From Lineus longissimus (taxonomy: Eukaryota), in contig NC_088313.1 of assembly GCF_910592395.1 (NCBI RefSeq), positions 17,766,500 through 17,830,499 of the forward strand: a stretch of DNA of 64,000 bases, in the 5' to 3' direction. Below the pieces are notes generated by a model. It ran no database searches. It was not told where the DNA came from and worked only from the letters and a program-made list of their open reading frames with translations. The number at the start of each line of letters is the position of its first letter. Position 1 is the stretch's first letter. Shown one piece after another: positions 49,798 to 62,100 of this stretch. A program made the position numbers and the translations under genes.

Positions 49798-52165
49798 ATG
49801 CCTCGAATAACTAAAGATCATATTATGCTTTGTGCCCATGTCATTCTTCGGGTACCAGCCCTATTTCTTATGGATTGTTGGTACAAAACCAACCCGGAAG
49901 CAATCTTGGAAAGATATGGAATTGGAATGGGCCACATCAGAGATGCAGAAATGATCCTCTCTTCTCTGTATTATGCAGGTAACATGTCACTCATATAGCA
50001 ACCTAATTCATTTAGTGTAGATGTTGGGAATGAATTGTTAGGTGTCCATCCTTCAAAGAGGCCCAAGTCACAATCTTGAAATTATAAGGACAAGGAGGAC
50101 AATGCAACAACCACTGAACCAGTTAATCACCAACAACTGCACATCCTGGGCTGGCCAATTCTAGAAGAGTGTTGAAGACAAGGCAGGAAAACCAATGTTA
50201 ACAAGATCTTCATTTGTGTTATTCAATCATGCTTGATAAATTTTTGTACCTGTTCTTGTTTCAGTCATCCTGATTGCTGTGGCGCTGATGTTTCTTCCCA
50301 TGGATATGCTGTTCCAGCTCTACCTTCACATCTTGTGTGGTGGACTCCTTCTCCTGGCACACTTCACTGCCTTCAAGTATGTTGAAGAAGAGAAAGCAGA
50401 GGAAAATCTACATTCGTCCGTCTTTGATGACAATGGCAGCATGTACAGGCTGGGGATGCATCTTGTAATTCAAGTGATTCTAAGCTCTGTTGTGGCATAC
50501 TTGATGCAGATCAAAGACTGGACAAGATTCATGTTACTCATGTACACATTGCCAATGATCGCAAGGGCAATCAATTTTCCTGTAACTGAACTTCATGTGG
50601 TACACAACTTCTCAGCCATTTTTACCATGCTTATGACCCTAATGGTTGTTTTTAACCATGTTGGGACCACCATCGATACAGTGAAGACAGGACTAAACAA
50701 TGCCCATGCTATGGTACAGAACATTGGTTGGCTCCACTTCTTTTTTACTCTTGTGGACTGGTTCCACATCCCACCTCAGTTCTTCGTCTTCTGGGTCATG
50801 ACCTTCCTAGCAGAGTTATACAAATTTACCTTTGTAAAGAACTACCAAGATGGTGTGGTCATAATTCTATTGGCAACTGTGGGGGAGTGTTGCTCCACCC
50901 CTATCAGTCTGATTGGATTGTGTATAACTGTGTCTTATACATCATGGTTCATCTTGACTTTGACTAAACTTTATCTAAAAGGCTGGGAAGGTATGAATCT
51001 GGAACGGGAGCAGACTGGATGGACCGAGGGTTTCACAATGCTACTCTTGGGAGTGCAGACTGACATTATGGAGCTAAAGGCAGCTACGCGGGCATTCTTG
51101 ATGAGTATAGTCTTATTCATTGTGGTGTTATCACTCATCCAATCAATGTATGAACTCACTGATCCAGTTCTCCTTTCACTAAGTGCGTCCCACAGCCGGA
51201 ATGTTGTACGCCACATCAAAACTGTCCTCCTCGCCACTTTCCTCTGGATGTTTCCCCTGCTAATGACATGGGCCATTTGTCAGTTCTTTGACCTGGATTT
51301 CTGGCTTTTGGTCATTATATCTAGTTGTTTGTTGACATCCATGCAAGTGTTTGGATCACTTGTTGTGTACTCTTTGTTCATCTACGATTCATTATTGACT
51401 GAACCTTGGGAAAACTTAGATGATGTTGTCTATTATGCGAGGGCAGTTACAAGAGTCTTGGAATTTGTTGTTGCAGTATTCGTTGTGTTGTACGGTGCTA
51501 AAGAATCTGTTTATGGGGAATGGAGTTGGATAAATTCCTCTATTTTAATCATACATTTCTACTTTAATGTCTGGCAGAGGTTGCAGACGGGCTGGAAAAG
51601 TTTCCTCCTGAGACGTAAGGCGGTGCAGAAAATTGAATCACTGCCACTAGCTTCGCCAGAACAACTTGAGGAATGCAATGATCTTTGTGCTATCTGCTTT
51701 CAAGAAATGACATGTGCTCATATCACGCCTTGTAAGCATTTCTTTCATGGTATATGTCTCCGTAAGTGGCTCTATGTACAGGACACCTGCCCCATCTGCC
51801 ACCAGGTTATAAACTTTCCAAATGATGTATCAGAAGATGAGTCGGCCGATGTACCTGATGCTGGAATAAGAAATGATGTAGTTCCACCACCTGCTAATGA
51901 AGCGGAAGACAACCATGCTGGAAATGCAGATGAGGACGGTTTGGAAAATAGATTCTTAATAGAAAATAACGACTCTGATGAATGGGAAGATGTGGATGAG
52001 GAGGAGATCATTGGATACGAAGGTGGTGACAGTCACAGCGATTATGAGAGCACGGATTCTCTCAGCGATTTTGAACAGAATCCGTCTGAAAGGAAAGCCG
52101 ACTTGGAATCTGATCAGGTGCGCCCCAAGGTTGACGGTGCTGGGGACAATGAGGCTAATTTGTGA
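49798..52165 (+). CDS. RNF145/RNF139-family polytopic RING-H2 E3 ubiquitin ligase (RNF145-like), paralog B. Two coding exons, about 694 aa.
   Basis: Exon 1 49798..49978 (MPRITKDHIMLCAHVILRVPALFLMDCWYKTNPEAILERYGIGMGHIRDAEMILSSLYYA; donor g|gtaaca, phase 1). Exon 2 50265..52165 (acceptor tgtttcag). The RING-H2 is CAICFQEMTCAHITPCKHFFHGICLRKWLYVQDTCPICHQV, followed by a D/E-rich tail. The body aligns to paralog A, e.g. DDVVYYARAVTRVLEFVVAVFVVLYGA versus DDYVYYVRSTGSTIEFFFGIFLFCNGA. Confidence 0.8.
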
Positions 52166-53730
52166 GCATGACTGGGTTAATGAGGCTGTATCGGAATGTA
52201 TTTGGTTTCCATGTCAATTTAATGTTGTGTTTTGTTCAAGAGATAATGTCGCAAACCAGCTGTCAGTCACATCCGACATTGTCCTTGTGTGTTGTTCAAA
52301 AGACGCTGTGGCAATGATGTTTCAGTGGAAAGCCATGTTTGACATTGTCCTTGCGTGTTACTGTTGTTCAAGAGACTTTGCCACACTGAGGTTTCAATAA
52401 AGTGACATTCGACATTTTCCTTGTATGATTTCAAGAGGTCGCAATACTGTTAACATTGTTAAATGATCAACCACATCTGAGATTCTTCCTATTTGTGTAG
52501 TGGATTGCTGTTAATTTTTCAAATACTTCATGGTATTCCCATAGGGGTGGTCCTTCTTAGCTTGGTTGACAATAGCTTGAATTAAATAATCACCAATACA
52601 TCAAGTCTTTAATCAGGTTGGGGTGGAGGAAGGATGTGTAATCATTATTTCCCCAAACTGATATGCATGTCTGGTGAGGGGAATAAGTCATAGTTTTGTT
52701 CCACAATTATGTAACTGGGGAACTTGTACAATTGTCTCCAATCTCACTGTAAAACAGTTTAAGAGGGAGGAGGACTATGTTCACTGGTTCAAAATTTCCT
52801 GATATGTTGGATTATCCCTTTACATGGGCAATGAAAATTGATAAAACCACTTAGACAAGGCTGTCATATTTGATAGCCCTTGGTGGCAAGAGTCACTGGA
52901 GTCCTGGAGGGATTTTCAACAGATGTAACAGGCCATCAATTTGTAATTCTGTTTGTGACACATCTACCTTGAAGGGTACTTTGCAAGAAAGAACACTGTC
53001 ACAATGCCAGGACGAAAGAAGGTCAATTTTTGTGTCGCAATATTATTGTTAAAATTGAGTGCCTGAGACGATGAGGAGAGATTGTAAACAGTTATCTGCA
53101 TTCAAATCATTTTTCTTCCTCGTGTAATAAATATGTTATATGAATCTGTTGTCTTATTCTCAGTATGTCCATTTGAAAAAATGAAAGTAAAATCAATGGA
53201 ATAAGTCTGCGTGCACACTCCTCCCAGAAGGGTACTACCCCTGGTGATCAGATTGGCCTGGAGATACCCAATATGAAGAGTCAGTTCAATATTGGTGGGT
53301 AATAGGGTATCTGCTCCCAAGTAGGCTCATTTTCAAATCTACACTTATGGTAGATGTGCATGGATCGGGGAAAAGTCGCCGAGCTTCAAGTTTTTGACTG
53401 CCAAATCACTCACAGCCCGACAGTGGTGTCGCCAAAGCATGAGTCTGGATGGGGACCAGCATGACCCATCTAAATTAGCTAAGCTTCAACTATGTAAAAC
53501 TTGGGATATCCAAATGGCTCCCCTGAATGTTTCGATATAATCCGTAACAGCTGCCGCTGCATATAAATAGATTTGACGGAGTACAATATTCAATGAAATG
53601 GCCAGGGCCATTGTGCTCACCTCATGTGGAGGAAAGATGGATAAAGAGCATGGTCTTGTGTCATGTAGTGTTAGGTTTGATGTAGGTCCAAGCAATTACA
53701 ATTTCCCCAAAATGGCCAATTTACAGTACA

Positions 53731-54620
53731 TTCGACCTCTGTGACCTTGAAAAGTAGGTCAAATCAAAGAAGACCCGGGTGACACATTGAATGGTTGTAA
53801 GAATTAGATGTACCTATGATATAAAATTGGTGCCAATCGGGCAAGTCATTAACTAGGAATAATGGCATTTTGAAGAATTTAGGATTTGGCCCCCTCCCTG
53901 GAGGCCAAACGGCAAATCAAATCGCACCAAACTTCGGTACCTGAGATCACCTGACCAAGGGGTACATGTGTACTTAATTTGTGATCAATAGTCATTGCAG
54001 TTAAGAAACGTGCCATAGTTACGGCCTGACGGCGAATTTAGGCCATTTGGCCTCTGTGACCTTGACAAGAAGGTCAAATTAAAAACCTGTGTGACATATA
54101 CTGTATGGTGGTTAGATGTACCCATGATATCAAATTGGTGGCATTCGGGCAGGAAGTTGAGGAATAATCACATTTTTAAGGTTTTTGGATTTTGCCCCCT
54201 GGTGGTCAAGTAATGAATCATATTGGACCAAACTTCGGTCCCTGAGATCACCTGACTAAGGGGTAAATGTGTACCAAATTTGGTATCAATAGTCATTGCA
54301 GTTTAGAAACGTGCCATCGTTACATCCTAACGGCCAATTTACACCATTTGACCTCTGTGACCTTGAAAAGGAGGTCAAATCAAAAACCCGGAGGATATAT
54401 GATGCACCTTTGCTAGAAGTACCTACCATATTTTTTTCAAAATTTCATGACTACTATTAAGGGAGATATTGCATATTTTCACTTTTAACGTTTGGCCCCC
54501 TGGTGGCCAAACCATGAAACGAATCGGACCGAAACTTGGTCTCCCAGGTGTCATTACATAAGGGTACATGTGTACCAAGTTTCAACTCAATAGCTCTAAC
54601 AGTTACGAAACGTGCCCTGC
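53731..54620. repeat. Tandem repeat, about 300-315 bp unit, roughly 3 copies (53731-54043, 54044-54343, 54344-~54620).
   Basis: Recurring blocks: c(c/a)tttg(g/a)cctctgtgaccttga(c/a)aag(t/g)aggtcaaat(c/t)aaa..., ...ggccccctggtggccaaac..gaa(t/a)c.gaccaaacttcggtccctgagatcacctgac(c/t)aaggggta(c/a)atgtgtac(c/t)aa(a/t)tt.g.atcaatagtcattgcagtt(t/a)agaaacgtgccat.gttac.. are read three times in series. Confidence 0.7.
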
Positions 54621-54622
54621 TA

Positions 54623-54632
54623 ACGGACGACG

Positions 54633-54715
<83 letters not shown>

Positions 54716-54716
54716 A
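54623..54716. repeat. (GAC)n microsatellite, about 28-31 units, directly abutting the end of the ~300-bp tandem repeat.
   Basis: cggacgacggacgacgacgacgacgac... read directly. It generates the poly-R / poly-S / poly-D artefact ORFs 54457..54774, 54536..54763 and 54620..54808. Confidence 0.95.
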
Positions 54717-55106
54717 CGACGGACGCCACGGTATGGGATAAGCTCACCTCTGCTAAGAGGTGAGCTAAAAACAAAACATTTTCTTGTACATATGTAAGAC
54801 ACGTTCATAGCTTTATTTAGTTCGAGGCCTCGCCTTCATTTCACATGCGATGCATCACTAACAGGCACTAAATGGTTGTGAAGTACAACAGGGACATCAG
54901 CAGAGCTATGCTTTCTGTCCCCATCTAATATGCAGAGTAGAAGCTGACAATGAGCATAAAACAACCACATTGTTATAATTTCAACAGACTTTGTAAAAAC
55001 GTGTTTAGCACAGTTAACTGTCCAGCACAATTAGTCCAGCGCCATAATAGTTCCTTCTGAAGTCGAACGAATGACAGACTCCTAAATCCTTGAAAATCTC
55101 TATCCC

Positions 55107-58100
55107 TTACAATCCTAAAGTTGATTCCAATTCTTCAGAGTCCAACAGCGCCTGGAAAAAAGCAGAAGTCATCAGACACTGGTAGCATTATGTTTCTTCG
55201 TGCTCCAAATAATCACAAGGATGGGAAACAATGTGAACATCTGTTTTGAACGACTCCTCAGTGTTGTTTTGGGTCTGAATCCCCATCCCCAGGTTTCATT
55301 TGTCAAAACTCCCCATTTTTACAAGTGCATCTTAGGGTTCACTTTACTCTGATGTGTGTAATGGCCATTTACATTTTGGCATGAAATTGGATGACTTGAT
55401 GTCGTCAAGGGACCAAACTTACTCGTATGATATCTAATCCACCAATCAATTCTCCATTTACGTAAAGTTGTGGATAAGTTGGCCAATCAGAGAACTTCTT
55501 AAGACCCTGCCGTACTTCTTCATCTTTAAGGATGTCGAACGTTTCATACTTTACCCTGGAACATAAAACACACTCAAGTCACAGCGAGATGTCTTGTGGC
55601 CAAGCCGGAAAATTGACAAAATTCCAGGTCACCCATTTGCAGATATGATCATCAACATGATTCGTTGATCTTAGCTTAAAAACGTAAAATCTACTGGTAC
55701 ATATAATTCACCTCAGCTAGAAACCATTTCGATGATAATGGGATATTTGCCAAATAAAAACTCCTTACTCTGTGTCATTCAGGATACCAACTGTGGTCCG
55801 ACTAAATCCACACTGAGGCGCATCAGGGGATCCCTTCATGAATAGCATAACTGGAGCTTTGTTGACTAGTGCTTTTAACCTGAAACATTGAAGCAAGAAC
55901 TTGAGTTATCAGCACCAGAAGTCACAATTTTACCAAATCATTTTGGAAAGTATGCAGACTTCCACATCACATTTAAATGGTTGAATTAAACAGAAAACAA
56001 ACAGCTTATCATCCTTCTCTTACCTGTCATCCAAACTTCCAGACTTAGGAAGAACAGATTGGGACTCGTTATCTTTACTCCCAGTCTTAGGAAGAGAAGA
56101 TTGGAACTCATTGTCTTCAATCATCTGTTTGATAATGTCCAGACCACCAATCAGCTCACCATCGATATAAAGCTGAGGGTATGTGGGCCAGTTGGAATAT
56201 TTTTTCAAACCTGCAATGCAGAAGATACTCTCATGATTGTCCATTTCAGAATCATGAAACAGAATGGAATCCATCTCATTCAAGGTGAGTGCCCCTGGTG
56301 GCGTTTGTCTGTGGTGGCAAAACCAAATGTCTGACTTCTGGAGACAACTTTTGAGGTTTCCACCATCACCCTAGCCGTGACGTCAAAATCAACAATAGAC
56401 TGACCACATAACTCGATAAAGTTCAGCCAAGAGGTGCTCATCTGGAAAGAAGCAAATTGAATAACTTGTTGCCAAATTGTTGTAATGTCTCACCTTCTCT
56501 AACACTGTTGTCTTCTAGAATATTAAAAGATCCATACTTCACGTTCTCTTGTTTAAAGATGCCGACTATTTCTCTGCTGAATTCTGAAAGTTGCAAAAAA
56601 AGACAGTTCGAAATATGATGCATCAAAGACTAACACTCTGGAATAAGAGGTCGAAGACTACTTTTCGTGCACCCATCCTGGCCTTTTGAAAAAAGAAAGA
56701 TTTTCACCTTATGAAACCAAATGACAGAAGCTCAGTATAGTCTAAAACATGGCATGAATGTCATGGGTAGCCATGTTGATAGAAACTGCGCACAAATATG
56801 ACAGATAAAACACTGGTAAATAAAGACGAATGGAAATTTTTAAGACAGATCTTGATATTGAAAGATAGCGAGACAGAATCTGGTGTATGTTCATTCTCGC
56901 TGTTATGCCAGCTGTCATGTTTGTGTGTTTACAAGTAGGAGCCACTCTGGATGAAAAGCTAAGCAGGTTGCTTAACAAATTTTGTTCAAAAAACTGCCTT
57001 ACTACATTTTGGTTCCGCTTGAGTTCCCTTCATGAACAGCATAACTGGGCTTTGATTTATTACCGTCTTCAACCGAGCATTCAAATCCTGGAAATCAAAA
57101 ACACTATTCAGTTATAAAACATGATATGAATACTTTAGTTATTGCAATTGTGGCAAAAACATGCTCATTATGAAAAGACTTCTCTACATACACTGTAATC
57201 TGCCATCTGAGTGGTACAAGTACTTCTGGTTAGCTTGAAATAACTGGAATAACCCAGCACTCATCTGGAAGTTTAAAGTGTCTCTAGTCTTTATGTCAAG
57301 TTTTACTCAAAACATCCAAGATGTTTGAAATAGCTTGTCCCCGTCCCCACTGCCAGGTAACTATGGTAAAATCAGGATCTAACCCATAACTTTACTATAG
57401 GATACTTTTCTATAGGAGTGATCCCCAACCTTGGGAATTTGAAGCCCGATCATGAAGGGCACCACTTCAAAAACATACCTCTTCTGCAGGTGGAGACGAG
57501 GCAGTAGCAACTCCTGTCATACTTTCAGCAAACGTTTTCACTTTTTTGGTCAGTTCAGGAGGATGAGCACCATTCAAGCGATATACTACACTGTCGTCTT
57601 TGATGAACACAAAAGTTGGTACAGCCTCTATCTCATATTTTTGGGAGACCTCTGGTAGTCCCTCGGCCTCAACTACAATGAACTTGATATTGACAGAAGG
57701 GACATCCTTCATTATCTCTGCAAGTACTTCATTCATCTGCTCACATTGTTTGGACCATTCTGCAGAGAAGTGTACCACAAGTACACACCTGAAATAGTAA
57801 ACAGAAGAAATGAGTTGGAGTGAATGATGAGGCATTGTCATTGACGTTCGATTCATTGACATTGACGATTGAATTGTAAGTTCTATTTCCTATGCTGGAA
57901 CATCGTGCCCTTTTTGCTGGAGCGGTTGTGGTCAGAATGAACTATAAAGGGACGACGTGACATCTCTGAAATGAGGAGTGATCACCACATCTTCACATGC
58001 GTTTGTGAAGAACTATGACTATGAGTATGATTCGAATCGAAGGAGATTCGAGGGACTATCTTTCCGTTTACCCCCATCCCCAGTCAGAGTTCCAGTTGGC

Positions 58101-58209
58101 AGAACCTGACCGCAACACTTCAGCAATTTCGAATATCTTTTCCTTCTTACGATTTATAATCAGACAAGATTTTATTGAACTCTGATGAATTAGACGGTTT
58201 TAGCAACAT
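55107..58209 (-). CDS. GLRX3: Glutaredoxin-3 (PICOT): an N-terminal thioredoxin-like domain plus two monothiol glutaredoxin domains. 8 coding exons, 339 aa.
   Basis: Minus-strand exons 58209..58151 ([19 protein letters not shown]), 57788..57479, 57087..57003, 56583..56494, 56210..56024, 55879..55769, 55555..55423 and 55151..55107 ([14 protein letters not shown]). They total 1020 nt, all GT-AG. The Trx domain [83 protein letters not shown] aligns to human GLRX3 [60 protein letters not shown]. Grx2 has the canonical [27 protein letters not shown]...[27 protein letters not shown]. Grx1 has [15 protein letters not shown]|[10 protein letters not shown]...[29 protein letters not shown]. Confidence 0.8.
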
Positions 58210-58649
58210 TTTGACTTTCTGTGTGAGCGATCCTCCGCGACTTGTTACATCCTCGATTGTACACATCGAGAGATGGCGGAGTTCTTCAAGGTAATAATAG
58301 GTGACGCAACCATTCGTTCATAACGCGGGAAATACGGATGCGCACGTGTGGCCCGGTAAATTACATTCAAAAGAGGATGCCCCCCTCCGTAGGATTTGTT
58401 ACTTTTAAAGTAGGGGGTACCTCGTTGCCGCCCTTGGGCTTCTTTTGGCCAGGATTCATACTGGTGATAAACCATCCAATGGGTCATCTGAGGCATGAGG
58501 ACATCCAGACATAACCAAATACACTCCCAGTCCCAACTCCACCTCTCGACTCTCGATTAGACATTTTGTATACGATGTGGTTTGGGAGTATCAAAAACCT
58601 ATATCTCATGATGTTGCGGGGTAAGGATTGTAGGAATCATTCCTACAGG

Positions 58650-59100
58650 TAATAAACCATTTAACACCTTCAGCACCGAACCACGTAGATCTATCTACGC
58701 GGCCCAAATCCCCCCTCTTGGAGCTGGTTGTCGGAGTCTCATGGACTTCATGAAAGAACTACGCCATCTCCATCTTCAGGGCAAGGTAGGAACTGAAAAT
58801 ACCGTGAAAATACGGTTGTGTCTTTTCAGTTCCTACCTTGCCCTGAAGATGGCGATGGCGTAGTACCTTTATGAAGTCATTTAAAGTTCTTAACTACGCC
58901 ATCGCCATCTTCAGGGCAAGGTAGGAACTGAAAAGACACAACGGTATTTTCACGGTATTTTCAGTTCCTACCTTGCTCTGAAGATGGCGATGGCGTAGTT
59001 CTTTCATGAAGTCCATGAGATTCCGATAACCAGCTCAGGAGGGGGGATTTGGACCACGTAGATCTGCTTGGTTCGGCGCTGAAGGTGTTAATGGGAACTC
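58650..59100. repeat. Nested palindromic (double-hairpin) repeat. The outer inverted arms are about 200 bp each, and each arm contains its own perfect palindrome of about 45 bp.
   Basis: The outer arm 58668-58740 ...cagcaccgaaccacgtagatct..gcggcccaaatcccccctc... is the reverse complement of 59030-59090 ...gaggggggatttggaccacgtagatctgcttggttcggcgctgaagg. The inner palindrome cttcagggcaaggtaggaactgaaaa...ttttcagttcctaccttgccctgaag sits at 58775-58860 and again at 58900-58985. The block is flanked by three copies of the module gattcatac.ggtga.a.a.cat (58441-58500, 59140-59190, 59195-59225). Confidence 0.75.
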
Positions 59101-62100
59101 AAGTTATGTGGTAATCTGGGAGATAATTGATTCATACAGGTGAAAGACCATTCAATGGGAGCCCAAGTTAATGTGGTCATCTGAGGGATGTGGATTCATA
59201 CCGGTGATAAATCATTTCATGCTAACTGTAGTGGCAGCCCATCACGTCATCCAATTTGGTCTCGAGGCCGGTCCAATGCGTTTGGAGTGTAGCGAGGGGA
59301 GCAGTGACTGACTGGTTTCCTTCCAACCGCGCCGCATTTCTATCTCGGAGGTTTTTGTGGATGATTGTGTTCTTCAGAAATGGCTTTTGCAAAGTAACAG
59401 CCACTTCGAATAGGCTGGATACTCTAAGCTTAATTGAGTGCGCCTCGTGGGGATCTTGAAAATCGGAAGTACTCTTCCGAAGACAGTCACAACCCTCCAA
59501 AAAGTTGCTTAAAGTCACCACCCAATTGGGAAAGAACAATTTACTTGACTAAGTGATGCAAGGACCTAACGTTGATAAAGAAGGCTTACCATCTGATTAC
59601 CAATCAATCGGAAGATAGAAGGTGACAAACGACTTCGATTTGGAGCGAAACGACTGGGGGCGAAAAGTCAGGGAGCGAAACAACCGCAATTCGTCTGGCG
59701 TACATCATTTGCATTGACATCGTCCGGAGAGAGAGTCGAATAAAGTCCTATATTTCAAAGAAGAGAAGTTGAAACAATACCTATGAATTAGCTGAGTACG
59801 TAAAGTATGATCTTGGGTCCGAGCTGTTTTCATATTTGCCGATTATATTGCGTATTGTCGTGTGAAAAAGCATGATTTGTCGACAGATCTTTTAATTTTA
59901 TGTTCAGAATGTTCTATTTTTAGCTTCAGCAATGGTATGCAGGGTTTTACTAGTCTTTGGCACTTTGTCAAATCTGATAGGGTGAACATGGGGCTCACAG
60001 GGACTTGAGGCAAAAAGTGATGAGTGTGGTTAGCAGTTCTGTATGATGACACCTTGACGAAGTGTTTTCTCTGTAGGATGTACCAGTATGCTTTGTAGGT
60101 CTTACATAGGCCTATCTGGTAGCGCCTAGCGGCACGCGCAAGAGAGACTGTAGCCAGCACAAAACCGTAACATCGTCATATTCATATCCGAGCCAAGTTT
60201 GGAAGAAATTGAGTTGACGTCTGTCCAGCTTTAATCATAGTCGTCTGTTATGCAGTCAGTCGCACCTCACTCTGACATTTTGCCAAAAAATTCCCCGCCT
60301 GCATTCGGGAACAGTATACCACGGAGGGCAACGTGATGTAACAATTTCATCATTGCGCAATCAATGCTATATTCTGCTCTAAGATGATAAGAAATTTGTC
60401 TATGCTGTGATCTTTATGCATGTCATAGATAAATCCTGAACATCCAAACATTGTGCTAGACGCATTTTGACCTTGACCTATTTTCCAAGGTGACAGGTGA
60501 CAGAGGTCAAACTATAGAAGAGAGTTCCACCCATAATGGGACGATTGTCGTTATGTATCCAAGACTCTTAAATTTTGTTATGTGGATTGGAAATGGAACC
60601 CCTCCCCTATTAAAACTGCAGACATAAAAAGAGGTAGTTGAAAATGTAAACCTCAATGAAAACATTGTGTGGCATGGAACAGTCCAAAGCCTGAAGTGAT
60701 TAAAGATTCTGCCAAGTGAAGGGGGACAGATTTCTCTTTGTGTGGTTACCATAGTAACTGAATTAACTACCCAATACTTTGCTGGTTGCAGTGAGGTAGC
60801 TTGTGGAAACATGTCTGTGCTGCATGCTTTCAGTAGTTTACAATACTGAGCATTTGTCCATGGCTGCCTGTTGTTGTTTTTTTGTAGTTTCAGGTTAGCA
60901 TGCATGTGGATGTTATGCAGATGAAGATGATTGGGACTTTGTTCTGTTCAGACATTGACATCATTGTTTGACAGCTTGACTTTCAGTATTCAGCTCCGGG
61001 GGTTTTGCACTTTCAGGAAGCTGCACACTCAAGAGTCACAGAAAATGAATATGTTATCAAAAACTAGGCTTGTTTTTACTCTTGGTCATTTGTCTGCAGT
61101 GCAGTCTGTGTCATGATGTGCGTGTGTGATATCTGAACATATGATCTGTACTATACTTGATACATGGTGTGCATTTGCCGTGACTTTCCCGATGCTGTGA
61201 TTGGATCATTCAGTCACAAAGTTGCCAAGCAGAAGCCATGTACTCAATGATGGTCAAACACAAGAAGAAGTTTGAAAATTTCAGTACTAGTGCAATAACC
61301 AATTTCTGCAGCAAACACTTACACAGTATTCAGTTTACCTATCAGAAAGATAGTAAAATAACACCATTTTTTGTAGATCGACATAGAATTTTGTTGACAC
61401 GTCTACTTCATGTAATTGATAAGCTAATTCTGAGCTTGGGAGTGGTAGTCTGTTGTCCACTGTACAGTATGTACTGCTTCACCTTAAAAATGAAATGACT
61501 CCCCTCCCCTTAGGTAAACACAGTGCGCACAACCAATTACTGTGGTCGTGATGCACACCTACTGTACTAAATGTATCCAGGGCCCGCGAAACCTCCGCTC
61601 TCATACCATTCATGTGCAGTCAAGCTTTTCAATTGCCTTCCAAACCCGCAGCATACACTAACCCAACTTGCCCAATGTGAAATTGATTTTTCCATGGCAA
61701 GGATCTGCTGCAGTGACTGATTACGACTGCATGATGTCATCGTGTTTTACATGGAGGCGGGAAAGGAGAGCAGTGACTCAAGAAAAATAATCAACCGTGG
61801 TTGTAGTGTTGTGCGTTGCAAGTTGATAGGAGACTAGTACGGGTCCTTTGTGATTAACCCTTAAAACCCTTTAATAGACATGAGAATATGTATGATTGTG
61901 CAGGGTTTGAGATCAGATGCACCTTTCCTTGGGGACAAAGCTGAGATGACTAAAAAGAGTGGAGTCATTAGAATTTTTGCATGGATGGGGTCTTTATAAG
62001 GACCTGAGTAACATCAATCATCAGTGGCGGATTTGGACGAAAGTTTGAGTGTTTTTGTCATGTCAATCATGTTATTATCAATGAAAGGGTTAACTGAGTT

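Noticed and set aside
50728-51276. Alternative-frame and antisense ORFs within RNF145-like B exon 2
   Set aside because: They are shadow ORFs of a long conserved exon.
54457-54808. ORFs encoding poly-Arg, poly-Ser and poly-Asp runs
   Set aside because: They are translations of the (GAC)n microsatellite in three frames and on both strands.
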